Positions 19,227-29,110 of a DNA stretch of 64,000 nucleotides are shown in pieces. The stretch spans positions 1-64,000 of the forward strand of contig JANRKS010000019.1 in assembly GCA_033763315.1 (NCBI GenBank), given 5' to 3'. The notes under the pieces were generated by a model. The model saw only the letters and a program-made list of their open reading frames with translations. It had not been told where the DNA came from and searched no databases. The DNA is from Deltaproteobacteria bacterium. Lineage in GTDB: Bacteria > Myxococcota_A > Polyangia > Fen-1088. The position numbers and the translations under genes were made by a program. The number at the start of each line of letters is the position of its first letter. Position 1 is the stretch's first letter.

Positions 19227-20389
19227 CGGGATCTCCTTGCCGACCGAGCATCGGTGACGTTCGCGATGTGCGCTATGGCAGCCACCAAGGCTTCGTGTGC
19301 GCGCTCGCAATCTTGTTGCGTGGTTTGACGTGACAATGAAAATCGCAGGACGGCGTCGTGTTCATGCACGCCGATGGCGGTCAGCACGTGGCTTGGGCCT
19401 TTGCTCTTTGAAGCGCACGCAGAGCCCGCCGCGGCAAACACGCCGTGTGTCTCAAGCGCGTGCAATAACGGCTCCGCCGGCAAACCGGCCAAGCGCACGC
19501 TGCAGATGTGTGGCACGCGCGGTGTCTGCGTGGCCACAGTCGGTGTGGCGATGCTCACGCTTGCACAAACCGCGGCCTCAAAGTCGTCCCGCAGTTTGGC
19601 CACCTTGGCGGCGGCGTCTGCCAGACCAGCACGCACATCCACACAAGCGCGTGCCAACGCCACGGCCCCGGCCACGTTTTCGGTGCCACTGCGTAAGCCC
19701 GCTTCTTGCCCGCCGCCGTGCCACAGCGGCACAAGCCGAGCGCCTTTACGCAGCCACAAGGCGCCCACACCTTTGGGGGCCGCAAGCTTGTGGCCGGAGA
19801 TCGCAATTGAATCAACGTTAAGTTTTTGAGCGTCGATCGCGAAGAAGGGCGCGGCCGCCACGGCATCCACATGAACGTGCGGCGGGCGCGGCAGTTCCTT
19901 GCACAGTCGTCCGACCACATCCACAGGTTGCAGCGTTCCGAGCTCGTTGTTCGCCAGCATCAACGCCACCAACCCTGTTTTGGGCGTCACGCGCGACAGC
20001 ACGTCCTCGGCGTTCACAACCCCATCGGGCCTGGGCGGTACCACATCCACGTGCCATCCCTCGCTTTGCAGGGCCTCGACGTTGCGGAGCACGGCTGGGT
20101 GCTCGATCGCCGAGACCACGACGTGCGGCTGCTGTTTGCGCGCGCGCGCCGCACCCCGCACGGCCAAAGCGTTCGCCTCGGTGCCGCCACTGGTGAAGGT
20201 CACCGTGCCACCATCGCCGCGCATAAACGCGAGCACATCCGCACGCGCCGCTTGCAGGGCGCGCGCCGCGGCCGCACCCAGGCCATGCGCCGAAGAGGCG
20301 TTGCCGTAGTGTTCCTGGGCGGCCGTGGCAAACGCTTGCAAAGCCGCCGCTGACGGGGGCGCTGACGCCGCGTTGTCCAGGTACACCAT
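19223..20389 (-). CDS. iscS: Cysteine desulfurase (IscS/NifS family)
   Basis: YLDNAAS, FTSGGTEAN, SAIEHPAV, PLP lysine in SGHK, RSGTENV, catalytic GSAC. Confidence 0.93.
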   Translation of the reverse strand: MVYLDNAASAPPSAAALQAFATAAQEHYGNASSAHGLGAAAARALQAARADVLAFMRGDGGTVTFTSGGTEANALAVRGAARARKQQPHVVVSAIEHPAVLRNVEALQSEGWHVDVVPPRPDGVVNAEDVLSRVTPKTGLVALMLANNELGTLQPVDVVGRLCKELPRPPHVHVDAVAAAPFFAIDAQKLNVDSIAISGHKLAAPKGVGALWLRKGARLVPLWHGGGQEAGLRSGTENVAGAVALARACVDVRAGLADAAAKVAKLRDDFEAAVCASVSIATPTVATQTPRVPHICSVRLAGLPAEPLLHALETHGVFAAAGSACASKSKGPSHVLTAIGVHEHDAVLRFSLSRQTTQQDCERAHEALVAAIAHIANVTDARSARRSR

Positions 20390-20522
20390 AAGGGCGAGGT
20401 ATGTACCACCAGCCAATGCCCCTGCCAACGCCGCGTTTCGCCCGCAACCACGTTGCCGCCACCGCAACGCGAGGCGCACTTGACGTGGCAGGCACGGGGC
20501 CCAGCCCGTACGCTTGCACCCG

Positions 20523-21761
20523 ATGACGTTGCGCGTGTTGCCGCCTTCCCCTCCGCAAGGTGAGTCAGACACCGCGCGCGTGCTCGAGGGCGCTGTCGAT
20601 CTCAAGCGTGCGTTCGGCATTTACGTGCATTTTCCGTTTTGCGGCGCCCGCTGTCCCTACTGCGATTTTGCCATTGATGTGCGCCCGGATGTGCCGCACG
20701 AGCGTTACGCCCAAGCGGTGTGTCGCGAACTTATGGCTTCGGCGCCAGCGTTTGGGTTGCCCCCGGTGTCGATCTACTTTGGTGGTGGCACGCCCGGTTT
20801 GTGGCGGCCGGCATGCGTGGCCCAGGTCATCGACTGTGCCCGGCTCGTCTTTGCGGCAGCCGAGTCCCCCCTAGAAGTCACCCTGGAGGCCAACCCCGGT
20901 GAGGTGACCCTGGAGCACTTACAAGCGCTGCGCGCGGCGGGGGTGAATCGACTGTCCTTCGGCATTCAAAGCTTCGACGCGCAGCTTTTGACGGCAATTG
21001 GTCGCACGCATTCTGTGTCGCAGGCCCACGCGGCCATTCCGCTTGCACGGGCCGCGGGTTTCACGAACGTGGCCTGCGATCTCATGTTCGGCTTACCAGG
21101 GCAAACGGAAGCGCACTGGCAACAGACACTGGCCGCGGCGATTCAACACGGTGCGGATCATCTTTCCTGTTACGCGCTGACGGTTGAGCCCTTCACGCCG
21201 TTTGGCCAGCGCGAGAAAAAGGGACAGCTGCAGCGCCCCGATGATGACGCCGTGGCCACGATGTGGGAACTGGCGGATGCCACACTCACCGCCGCCGGCT
21301 ACCAACATTACGAGGTCTCAAGCTACGCCCGCCCGGGCGCCCGTGCCATTCACAACACGCTTTATTGGACCCAAGGGGCTTATTTGGGGGTCGGCTGTGC
21401 GGCGGCGTCCTTGCGGCCATTGGCCAGCGGCGGCGGCTGGCGCTTTTTGAACCCGCGCGCGGCCGAAACATACATGCAGCGCTCTGAGCAAGGTAGCTTG
21501 GCACCCGCCCAGGTTGAATGGCGAACACCAGCCGAATTGGAAGACGAGGCCGTGTGGCTGGCCCTGCGCACCAGCCGTGGGCTTGACCGGGCGGCCCACC
21601 AGCGCCTGTTCGGCGCCGATCCTCTGGCGTCGCCCAACCGCGCCCAGGCGGCCGCGCGCCTGCAAACCATCGGCTGGCTGCAAATCACACCAACGCACCT
21701 TCTGCCCACGGTGCAAGGCCTCATGTTCGCGGATGATTTGGCCACGCGCCTGTGGGTTTAG
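20523..21761 (+). CDS. hemW: Radical SAM heme chaperone HemW
   Basis: YVHFPFCGARCPYCDF (CxxxCxxC), GGGTP, YEVSSYA and the HNTLYW signature. Upstream of hrcA. Confidence 0.93.
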   Translation: MTLRVLPPSPPQGESDTARVLEGAVDLKRAFGIYVHFPFCGARCPYCDFAIDVRPDVPHERYAQAVCRELMASAPAFGLPPVSIYFGGGTPGLWRPACVAQVIDCARLVFAAAESPLEVTLEANPGEVTLEHLQALRAAGVNRLSFGIQSFDAQLLTAIGRTHSVSQAHAAIPLARAAGFTNVACDLMFGLPGQTEAHWQQTLAAAIQHGADHLSCYALTVEPFTPFGQREKKGQLQRPDDDAVATMWELADATLTAAGYQHYEVSSYARPGARAIHNTLYWTQGAYLGVGCAAASLRPLASGGGWRFLNPRAAETYMQRSEQGSLAPAQVEWRTPAELEDEAVWLALRTSRGLDRAAHQRLFGADPLASPNRAQAAARLQTIGWLQITPTHLLPTVQGLMFADDLATRLWV

Positions 21762-21837
21762 GCTGTTTGTTGTGCCTTTGCACAAATAACCACCGTGACG
21801 CTTGGCCAGCCCCTTCGTTTTGCAGTAAACCTGAAGC

Positions 21838-22860
21838 GTGAACGACTTAGGCAATCGTGCAAAAAAGGTCCTGCACGCAGTCGTCACGGAGTATCTGGGC
21901 TCCGGCGAAGCGGTGGGGTCGAAAACCGTCACCCGCAGATACAACTTTGACGTATCGGCCGCCACTGTGCGCAGCGTGATGGGGGAGCTTGAAGAGCTGG
22001 GGCTGCTGCGGCACGCCCACACCTCGGCAGGCCGGGTGCCCACCGAGCGCGGCTTGCGCTACTACGTGGACACGCTGTTGCGGGTGCGTCGCCTGACCGA
22101 GGCTGAGCAAGAGGGCATTCAAAGCCAATTCTCCGGCATTTCTGATGTGGGCGACGTGGTTGACCGCGCCAAGGACGTGCTGCGCGAGATGTCGCATTTG
22201 ACGGTCGTGGTGCAGGCGCCGCGCATTGATTCAGACACCATCAGCCACCTCGAGTTTGTGCGTTTGCGCGACGATCAGCTGCTGGCGGTGATCGCTTCAA
22301 GCGCCGGTCAAGTGCAGAACAAGGCGGTGCAGATCGATTTTTCCCTGCAATCAGGCGAGCTCGAACGCATAAACAATTACCTGCGCGAACTGGTGGTGGG
22401 GCGCACGCTGGCCGAGATCCGCGCCCGCGTGGCCGCCGAACTCGAAGACGAGCGCACCCAACAGGATCAAATGCGGTCGCGCGCGTTGAGCTTGGCCAGC
22501 GTGGCTGTGCCCGAACAACACAAGCCTTCCATCATCGTGGATGGGCAATCCAATTTGCTCTCGGTGACCGACAGCGTGGATGGCGCAAGAACGTTGCTGC
22601 GGGCCCTCGAAGAAAAAGAGTTTTTGCTCCGCCTGTTGGACCGCACTCTGATGGCGCCTGGCATCTGTGTGTTCATCGGCGCGGAAGCAAATCTGGCGGA
22701 TCTCACCGACATCTCCGTGGTCACGGCACCGTACGGGGACGAGGGCCGCGCCGTTGGCACCATCGGCGTCATCGGGCCCTCACGCATCAACTACTCCAAA
22801 GTCATCTCGCTGGTTGACTTTACGGCAGATGTGATTACGAAGGCCCTACCGAAACTGTAG
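21838..22860 (+). CDS. hrcA: Heat-inducible transcription repressor HrcA
   Basis: VGSKT, SAATVRSVM..LEE.G, HTSAGRVPT..GLRYYVD, GVIGPSRINY. Confidence 0.96.
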   Translation: MNDLGNRAKKVLHAVVTEYLGSGEAVGSKTVTRRYNFDVSAATVRSVMGELEELGLLRHAHTSAGRVPTERGLRYYVDTLLRVRRLTEAEQEGIQSQFSGISDVGDVVDRAKDVLREMSHLTVVVQAPRIDSDTISHLEFVRLRDDQLLAVIASSAGQVQNKAVQIDFSLQSGELERINNYLRELVVGRTLAEIRARVAAELEDERTQQDQMRSRALSLASVAVPEQHKPSIIVDGQSNLLSVTDSVDGARTLLRALEEKEFLLRLLDRTLMAPGICVFIGAEANLADLTDISVVTAPYGDEGRAVGTIGVIGPSRINYSKVISLVDFTADVITKALPKL

Positions 22861-22957
22861 CCGCAAACTGTGGCGGAACCGAGCCTTCCGATAAGATGTT
22901 GGGCAACCAGCGTCCTCGGCTGGCGCGATGCGTTGCCAGTGAACCTAGGAAACAAGC

Positions 22958-23515
22958 ATGACCGAGAACCAAGACACCCAGGCCCCTACCGATTCTGCCG
23001 ATGCCCCAGGCGCGGCCGCGCCCGATGTATCGCCTGAAGACCGCATCGCGACGCTGGAACAAGAAAAGAACGATTTGCGTGAGCGCATGCTGCGCGTGGC
23101 AGCCGAATTCGAGAACTGGAAAAAGCGCGCCCGCAAGGATCAAGACGACGCCCAATTCCGCGCCAAGGAGCAGGTGCTCAAGGATGTGCTGGAGGTGGTC
23201 GACAATCTAGAGAGAGCTCTCTCGTCTATGACCGAAACCTCCGACAGCAAAGCTGTGAAAGACGGCGTCAACCTGGTGTTGCGCCTGTTCCACCAAAAGC
23301 TGGAGCGGCACGACGTTAAAGTGATCGAATCAAAGGGCAAAGCCTTCGACCCGCGCATTCATGAAGCGGTGGCGCAAGTGCCTTCCACGGACGTGCCCGT
23401 GGGTGCGATCGTGGACGAATTGGTCAAGGGTTACAACATGGGCGAACGGTTATTGCGACCCGCCGCGGTGGTCGTGGCCATCGCTCCTCCATCCACCGGC
23501 GCCGAGGCGAACTGA
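22958..23515 (+). CDS. grpE: Nucleotide exchange factor GrpE
   Basis: AEFENWKKR, DNLERAL, FDPRIHEAV, KGY..GERLLRPA.V.V. Confidence 0.96.
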   Translation: MTENQDTQAPTDSADAPGAAAPDVSPEDRIATLEQEKNDLRERMLRVAAEFENWKKRARKDQDDAQFRAKEQVLKDVLEVVDNLERALSSMTETSDSKAVKDGVNLVLRLFHQKLERHDVKVIESKGKAFDPRIHEAVAQVPSTDVPVGAIVDELVKGYNMGERLLRPAAVVVAIAPPSTGAEAN

Positions 23516-23518
23516 CCT

Positions 23519-25318
23519 TTGGGCAGGATCATCGGCATCGATCTGGGCACCACGAACTCGTGCGTGGCCGTGATGGATGGGCTGGAGCCCCTGGTGATCC
23601 CAAATGGGGAGGGCGCGCGCACCACGCCCTCTGTTGTGGGTTTCGTTGATGATCCCGAACCGCTCGTGGGGCAGATCGCCAAGCGTCAAGCGGTGACCAA
23701 CCCCGAGCGCACCATCTACGCTGTCAAGCGCCTGATGGGGCGCAAGCTCGAGGACGCTGACGTCAAACGCCACGCGGCCAGCTGCGTTTATCACGTGACT
23801 GGATCGGAAAATGGCGACGCTTGGGTGCAAGTGGGAGACAAGAAGCACTCGCCGCCCGAGATCTCCGCCTTGGTGTTAACCCGCATGCGCAAGGTGGCCG
23901 AGGATTATTTGGGCGAAGACGTCACCGATGCCGTGATCACTGTGCCGGCATACTTCGACGACAACCAACGGCAAGCCACCAAAGACGCCGGACGCATCGC
24001 GGGCCTGAATGTGTTGCGCATCATCAACGAGCCCACGGCTGCGGCTTTGGCGTATGGGCGCACCACCGTTGAGGCCACCAAGAAGATCGCCGTTTACGAT
24101 TTAGGCGGCGGCACGTTTGACATTTCGTTGCTGCACCTGCAGCAGGGCGTTTACCAAGTCAAAGCCACCAACGGTGATGGCTTTTTGGGCGGCGAAGATT
24201 TCGACACAATCATCGTCGAGCATCTGCTTAAAACGTTCAAAGAAGAAACCCAGATCGATCTATCGCAAGATCGCATGGCGCTGCAGCGCTTGCGTGAGGC
24301 CGCTGAGCGCGCCAAGCAAGAGCTTTCGTCGGCGCTCGAAACCGAGATCAACCTGCCGTTCATTGGTGCGGGCGCCGATGGTCCCAAACACCTGATTTTC
24401 ACGCTCACGCGCGGCAAACTCGAATCGCTGACCGAGGCGCTGATTGAGTCTACGTTTGGACCGTGCAAAGCCGCGTTGTCGGATGCCGGTTGGACGTTGG
24501 CCGACATTGATGAAGTGATCTTGGTGGGTGGCCAAACGCGCATGCCGCGCGTGCAAGAGCGGGTGGCGGAGTTCTTCGGCAAGAAGGCCTCGCGGGGCGT
24601 GAACCCGGATGAAGTGGTGGCGGTGGGCGCCGCTTTGCAGGGCGCGGTGCTTTCGGGCGAAAAAGACGACGTTATCTTGTTGGACGTGACGCCGTTGTCG
24701 ATGGGCGTTGAAACCGCGGGCGGCGTGTTTACGCCGATCATTGCGCGCAACACCACGATTCCGCACCGCTGCTCACAAATTTTCACCACCGCGGTCGACA
24801 ATCAATCCTACGTCAACGTGCACGTCCTGCAGGGCGAGCGTCAAATGGCGGATGACAACCGCAGCCTGGCCACCTTCCAATTGGCCGGCATTCCGCCCGC
24901 GCCGCGTGGCGCGCCCCAGATCGAGGTTTCATTCGACATCGATTCGAATGGCATTGTGGGCGTTTCGGCCAAGAACTTGGGCACAGGAAAAGAACAAAAA
25001 GTGGTGGTGCGCCCCACGAGCGGCCTTTCCGAAGATGAGATCAATAGAATCATCGCCGAGGCCGAGATGAACCACGACGCCGACCGTTCAAAAAAAGAAC
25101 TAGCCGACGTTCGCAATGCCGCCGAGACGCTGATCTATGGAACGGAGCAGGCGCTCAAAGAGTTTGGCGCCACCGCCGATCCCGCCGCCCGCATCGACGT
25201 GGAAAACAAGATCCGCGTCTGCCGCCGGGTTGTGGAGCAAGGGGGCCTAGACGCTGCACGATCCGCACTGGCGGATCTTGAGCAGGCCGCCCAGAAGCTG
25301 TTTGAGACGCTACACTAG
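23519..25318 (+). CDS. dnaK: Hsp70 chaperone DnaK (short, lacks the C-terminal tail)
   Basis: [44 protein letters not shown] start. Confidence 0.96.
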   Translation: MGRIIGIDLGTTNSCVAVMDGLEPLVIPNGEGARTTPSVVGFVDDPEPLVGQIAKRQAVTNPERTIYAVKRLMGRKLEDADVKRHAASCVYHVTGSENGDAWVQVGDKKHSPPEISALVLTRMRKVAEDYLGEDVTDAVITVPAYFDDNQRQATKDAGRIAGLNVLRIINEPTAAALAYGRTTVEATKKIAVYDLGGGTFDISLLHLQQGVYQVKATNGDGFLGGEDFDTIIVEHLLKTFKEETQIDLSQDRMALQRLREAAERAKQELSSALETEINLPFIGAGADGPKHLIFTLTRGKLESLTEALIESTFGPCKAALSDAGWTLADIDEVILVGGQTRMPRVQERVAEFFGKKASRGVNPDEVVAVGAALQGAVLSGEKDDVILLDVTPLSMGVETAGGVFTPIIARNTTIPHRCSQIFTTAVDNQSYVNVHVLQGERQMADDNRSLATFQLAGIPPAPRGAPQIEVSFDIDSNGIVGVSAKNLGTGKEQKVVVRPTSGLSEDEINRIIAEAEMNHDADRSKKELADVRNAAETLIYGTEQALKEFGATADPAARIDVENKIRVCRRVVEQGGLDAARSALADLEQAAQKLFETLH

Positions 25319-25340
25319 CGCGGATTCCCTCCGCGTTACC

Positions 25341-26453
25341 ATGGCTTCACAGATTTCCCGCGACTACTACGAGATCCTGGCGATCGAACGAACCGCGTCG
25401 GACGTTGAGATCAAGGCGGCCTACCGTCGCTTGGCGCTGCGTTACCACCCCGACCGCAACCCCGGCGACAAAGCCGCCGAAGAGCGATTCAAAGACATCT
25501 CGGAAGCCTACGCCGTTTTATCGGACGCGGATCGGCGCGCGCACTTCGATCGGTTTGGCCAAGCGGCGCCAAGCTCACCCTTTGCGCCGGGCGCGGACCT
25601 TTCGGCGGCCACCGATTTTTTCGATGCCATTTTGGGCGATCTGTTCGGCCTCGACCGCAACAAGAAGGCCGGCCAAGATCTGCGTTACACGCTTGAACTC
25701 ACGTTCGAAGAAGCGGCCTTGGGGTGCACAAAAACCATTCGATTCGAACGCGCGGAAGATTGCAGCGGGTGTGCAGGCACCGGCGCTGAAGGTGGCACGG
25801 CGGGCCTCGTGCGCTGTGAAAAATGCGGCGGGGAAGGGCACCTCAAGCAAAAGGGCGTGCTCTTCACATCCAAGCGGCCCTGCGCGGCCTGCGGTGGCGC
25901 CGGCGAAGTGCCCAAGGTGCGCTGCAAGGTTTGTTTGGGTGGCGGCCTGGTGGAGCGGGAGAAAGCTTATGAGGTGCGCGTGCCGCCAGGGGCGATTGAT
26001 GGTCATTCGCAACGAATCGCGGGCCAGGGCGCGCCTGGCCGGCGGGGTGGCCTTTCAGGCGATCTGCACGTGCTTTTGCGGGTCAAGCCGCACCCTTTTT
26101 TCCGCGAAGAAGCGGGCACCGTGATCTGCGAAGTGCCGATCAGCATGGTGGATGCAGCTTTAGGCGCCGAAGTAGAAGTGCCGCTGCTCGAGGGCGTCGT
26201 GCGCATGAAAGTGCCACCTGGCACGCAAACGGGCGCCACCTTCCGCATCCGTGGCCGCGGCATCGCGCGCGACGCAAACCCGCCGGGCGACATTCACGCG
26301 CGCATGATCGTTGAAACGCCCAGCAATCTTAACGAAGACGCGCGCACGATTTTTGAAAGCCTGCGCGCGCAGCTGACGCCGCAAACGCAACCCAAACAAC
26401 AAGCCTTCCACGACGCACTTAAGCGTCGTTCCAACACACATGAAACGCAATAG
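25341..26453 (+). CDS. dnaJ: Class A DnaJ co-chaperone
   Basis: J-domain with HPD, four CxxCxGxG motifs and a DnaJ C-terminal domain. Confidence 0.95.
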   Translation: MASQISRDYYEILAIERTASDVEIKAAYRRLALRYHPDRNPGDKAAEERFKDISEAYAVLSDADRRAHFDRFGQAAPSSPFAPGADLSAATDFFDAILGDLFGLDRNKKAGQDLRYTLELTFEEAALGCTKTIRFERAEDCSGCAGTGAEGGTAGLVRCEKCGGEGHLKQKGVLFTSKRPCAACGGAGEVPKVRCKVCLGGGLVEREKAYEVRVPPGAIDGHSQRIAGQGAPGRRGGLSGDLHVLLRVKPHPFFREEAGTVICEVPISMVDAALGAEVEVPLLEGVVRMKVPPGTQTGATFRIRGRGIARDANPPGDIHARMIVETPSNLNEDARTIFESLRAQLTPQTQPKQQAFHDALKRRSNTHETQ

Positions 26454-27414
26454 TTCATCGGGCCTCGTGCAGGGGGCCTTGTTCCTCGCCACCGTCATCA
26501 CCACCACGGCCACAGGCGCGATTCAAATGCACCCCAACGGTGAGATCGCACCCATCGGCGATGGCCTGGTGTTCTCTGTGCCATTGCTGCTGATCCTGCT
26601 ATTTCACGAGTTCGGCCACTACATCGCCGCGCGCCTGCACAAAGTGCCGGCGTCGCTGCCTTACTTCGTGCCCCTGCCGCCGTGGATTGGTTTGTTCGGC
26701 ACGATGGGCGCTGTGATCAAGATGCCGGGCTCGCCCACGGATCGGCGCAAATTAATCGACATTGGCGCGGCGGGGCCTTTGGCTGGTTTGGTGGTGGCGA
26801 TCCCGGTGCTGCTTTACGGTCTATCGAAATCGCACGTCATGCCGATGACGTCGCAAGGCTTGCAGGAAGGTAATTCATTGCTTTACCTGGGCCTGAAATT
26901 TTTGGTCACGGGGCACTGGCTGCCTGATGGCCGATACGACGTGAACCTTCACCCCACGGCCTTTGCGGGCTGGGCCGGGTTGTTGGTGACGATGTTGAAC
27001 CTGCTGCCATTTGGCCAGCTCGACGGCGGCCACATCATGGTGGCCCGCTTCGGCAACAAGTACACAAACATCGCCGCGAAGCTGCACCGCTTGCTGTTGG
27101 TGCTGGCGGCCATCGTGTTTGTTTTCACATACGTGCTTGTGTCGCGCGCCGCGGTGGCCGGCAAAGCGCCACAGGTGGATGGCGAGGTGTTGCCGGCTTA
27201 CTTGATCGCCATTCAAGCCTGCATGCCGTGGATATTGTGGTTTGCGGTGGTGCGCCTGCTGCGCCGTTTCGGCGGTGGCGCTGAACACCCACCTGTCGAC
27301 GACAAGCCCTTGGGTTGGGGCCGCCGCCTGCTGTTTGCGGTGGTTGTGGTGGCCTTTGTGGCGATCTTTATGCCCGTGCCCCTACGCATCTCGTTGGGCC
27401 CGGCGATGCCTTAA
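26440..27414 (+). CDS. Site-2 protease (M50) membrane metalloprotease
   Basis: HEFGH, IGAAGPLAG, NLLPFGQLDGGH and multiple TM helices. Overlaps the dnaJ stop. Confidence 0.93.
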   Translation: MKRNSSSGLVQGALFLATVITTTATGAIQMHPNGEIAPIGDGLVFSVPLLLILLFHEFGHYIAARLHKVPASLPYFVPLPPWIGLFGTMGAVIKMPGSPTDRRKLIDIGAAGPLAGLVVAIPVLLYGLSKSHVMPMTSQGLQEGNSLLYLGLKFLVTGHWLPDGRYDVNLHPTAFAGWAGLLVTMLNLLPFGQLDGGHIMVARFGNKYTNIAAKLHRLLLVLAAIVFVFTYVLVSRAAVAGKAPQVDGEVLPAYLIAIQACMPWILWFAVVRLLRRFGGGAEHPPVDDKPLGWGRRLLFAVVVVAFVAIFMPVPLRISLGPAMP

Positions 27415-27470
27415 GCGGCCATTCAGTTTTGCGTCGAAACCGTCGATGATCCCGTTGCCGGGTTCAAGCG

Positions 27471-27917
27471 ATGGACGACCGTTGCCCCAAGTGTAACCAC
27501 AAAAAAGCCTCCCCTGCGGCGCAAGCCTGCCCCCGCTGCGGCTTGGTCTTCGCCCTGTGGAAGCCCGAGGAAGCGCCCCAGGTTGTGGCCTTGGACGAGG
27601 CCGCCGAAGCGCTGTGGGCGAAGGCGGTTGCCGACTGGAACAACACAGACGCGCACGACGCCTTCCTCAAGCATTGCTCGGTGCTTGGCATGCTTTCGGC
27701 CGCGGGGCGCCGTTACCGCGAGCGCTTGGACGAGCGCCCCACTGACGAGGTTGCTCAGCAAATGCAAAAGCGCGTGCTGGCGATGGCCACGGCCTTGTTA
27801 GGCGCACCACCACAAAAGCCACCAGCTCCGTTTACACGCAGCGGGGGCTTTTGGATGGTGCTTTTGTGCGCCTTGTTTGTGGGCATCATCGCCGCGTTGA
27901 CGTTCCGCCGGCACTAA
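27471..27917 (+). CDS. Hypothetical protein: N-terminal zinc ribbon, helical middle region, C-terminal TM anchor
   Basis: CPKC...CPRCGLVF at the N-terminus and FWMVLLCALFVGIIAALTF at the C-terminus. Confidence 0.7.
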   Translation: MDDRCPKCNHKKASPAAQACPRCGLVFALWKPEEAPQVVALDEAAEALWAKAVADWNNTDAHDAFLKHCSVLGMLSAAGRRYRERLDERPTDEVAQQMQKRVLAMATALLGAPPQKPPAPFTRSGGFWMVLLCALFVGIIAALTFRRH

Positions 27918-28411
27918 GCTGCGGCAACTGTGGGCGGCCGCAGCCAACCTCGCGCGCGCACTTCCGTGCCATTTTTGGCCGCGTTGCTGCTGGCGCGTTT
28001 TGACAGCGCCTTCCACAAGCCCTCAAAATCGGTGGAGGGCAATTGGAACGACAGCACAGCAAACGGGCTGTGGCTGGGTGGCGCTTGCATAAACACTTCG
28101 GTCTCTGCGTGATGGGCGCCGTAGGTCAACACGCCTTTGACGCGGTGGCCGCCGTTCTGCACACGCTTGATGCTTTGAGCTTCAAACGAGAACAGCGCGC
28201 CATTTGTGTTCGCCGGTGCCACCTGCGGCAACTTTGAACTGGTCACGTCCACCAGCAGTTGCACAGCGCGGTCTTCCTTGAGGCCTTCCATCATCAGCGG
28301 CACCCACTGCTCAAAGGTGCCCGTCAGCATGAAGTTGGCGCCTGAAATGTCCAACCGGATAGCCGAGGGGGCCAAGGTGCGTGTAGAGACAGCATTTTGT
28401 TCAGTCGCCAT
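27914..28411 (-). CDS. Hypothetical protein, possibly a divergent YceI-like beta-barrel
   Basis: LTGTFEQW, LLVDVTS, FSFEAQSI and VKGVLTYG weakly echo the YceI pattern. The stop overlaps the convergent gene. Confidence 0.5.
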   Translation of the reverse strand: MATEQNAVSTRTLAPSAIRLDISGANFMLTGTFEQWVPLMMEGLKEDRAVQLLVDVTSSKLPQVAPANTNGALFSFEAQSIKRVQNGGHRVKGVLTYGAHHAETEVFMQAPPSHSPFAVLSFQLPSTDFEGLWKALSKRASSNAAKNGTEVRARGWLRPPTVAAA

Positions 28412-28494
28412 ACCTTCTAGAAGAACCACGCTGTGCACAACGTCAAGCCCCACCACTTCGGCTGGCAGGGGTGGTTCTGCTATAACGGGGCGCC

Positions 28495-29019
28495 GTGAAA
28501 GTCACTCCGTTCGATCTGCCATTGGATGAGATCCGCCGCAGCCTGGACGTCATCCGCCGCCCTATGCGCATCGCCGTGCTGCGCTCGAAGAACCCGTTCA
28601 ACGTGGGCGCCATCATTCGCGTGGCGCATTCGTTCTTGGCGCAAGAGATCATCTTGGTGGGCGATGAACCGTTCTACAAGAAGGCGGCGATGGGCATGGA
28701 TCGTTATGAGAACCTCGTTTACCTGCCTGACGACGACGCGCTTGTGAACTGGTGCCGCGACAATGAACTGCCCCTTGTTGCCTTCGAACGCGAAGCGGGG
28801 CAGGCCAACTTATGGAACGGCATCATGCCCGAAGCGTGCGTGCTGTTGTTTGGCAGCGAAAACGACGGCATTCCTCCTTCGTTGCTCGAGCGCTGCGATC
28901 ATGTGGTGGCGATTCCGATGTACGGGATCAATAACTCGTTCCCGATCACGGTGGCAGCGGGGATTGCGATGGCCGAGTGGACGCGGCGGCACTACGGGGC
29001 AGGGCGCGGGGCTTCGTAG
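28495..29019 (+). CDS. TrmH/SpoU family (SPOUT) RNA methyltransferase
   Basis: NPFNVGAIIR, LFGSENDGI, IPMYGINNSFPITVAAGIAM. Confidence 0.92.
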   Translation: MKVTPFDLPLDEIRRSLDVIRRPMRIAVLRSKNPFNVGAIIRVAHSFLAQEIILVGDEPFYKKAAMGMDRYENLVYLPDDDALVNWCRDNELPLVAFEREAGQANLWNGIMPEACVLLFGSENDGIPPSLLERCDHVVAIPMYGINNSFPITVAAGIAMAEWTRRHYGAGRGAS

Positions 29020-29051
29020 GGGGGGCGGTGGGAGCACGCGCCTCTTGAATT

Positions 29052-29081
29052 GAAAAAGGCGCCGTCGCGAGACGGCGCCTT
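29052..29081 (-). terminator. Rho-independent terminator of the CBM-repeat gene, possibly bidirectional
   Basis: Perfect 11-bp stem AAGGCGCCGTC/GACGGCGCCTT with a 4-nt loop, ending in TTTTT on the minus strand, between convergent genes. Confidence 0.85.
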
Positions 29082-29110
29082 CGGGCGCGAAGAATTATCT
29101 CAACGCGTGC

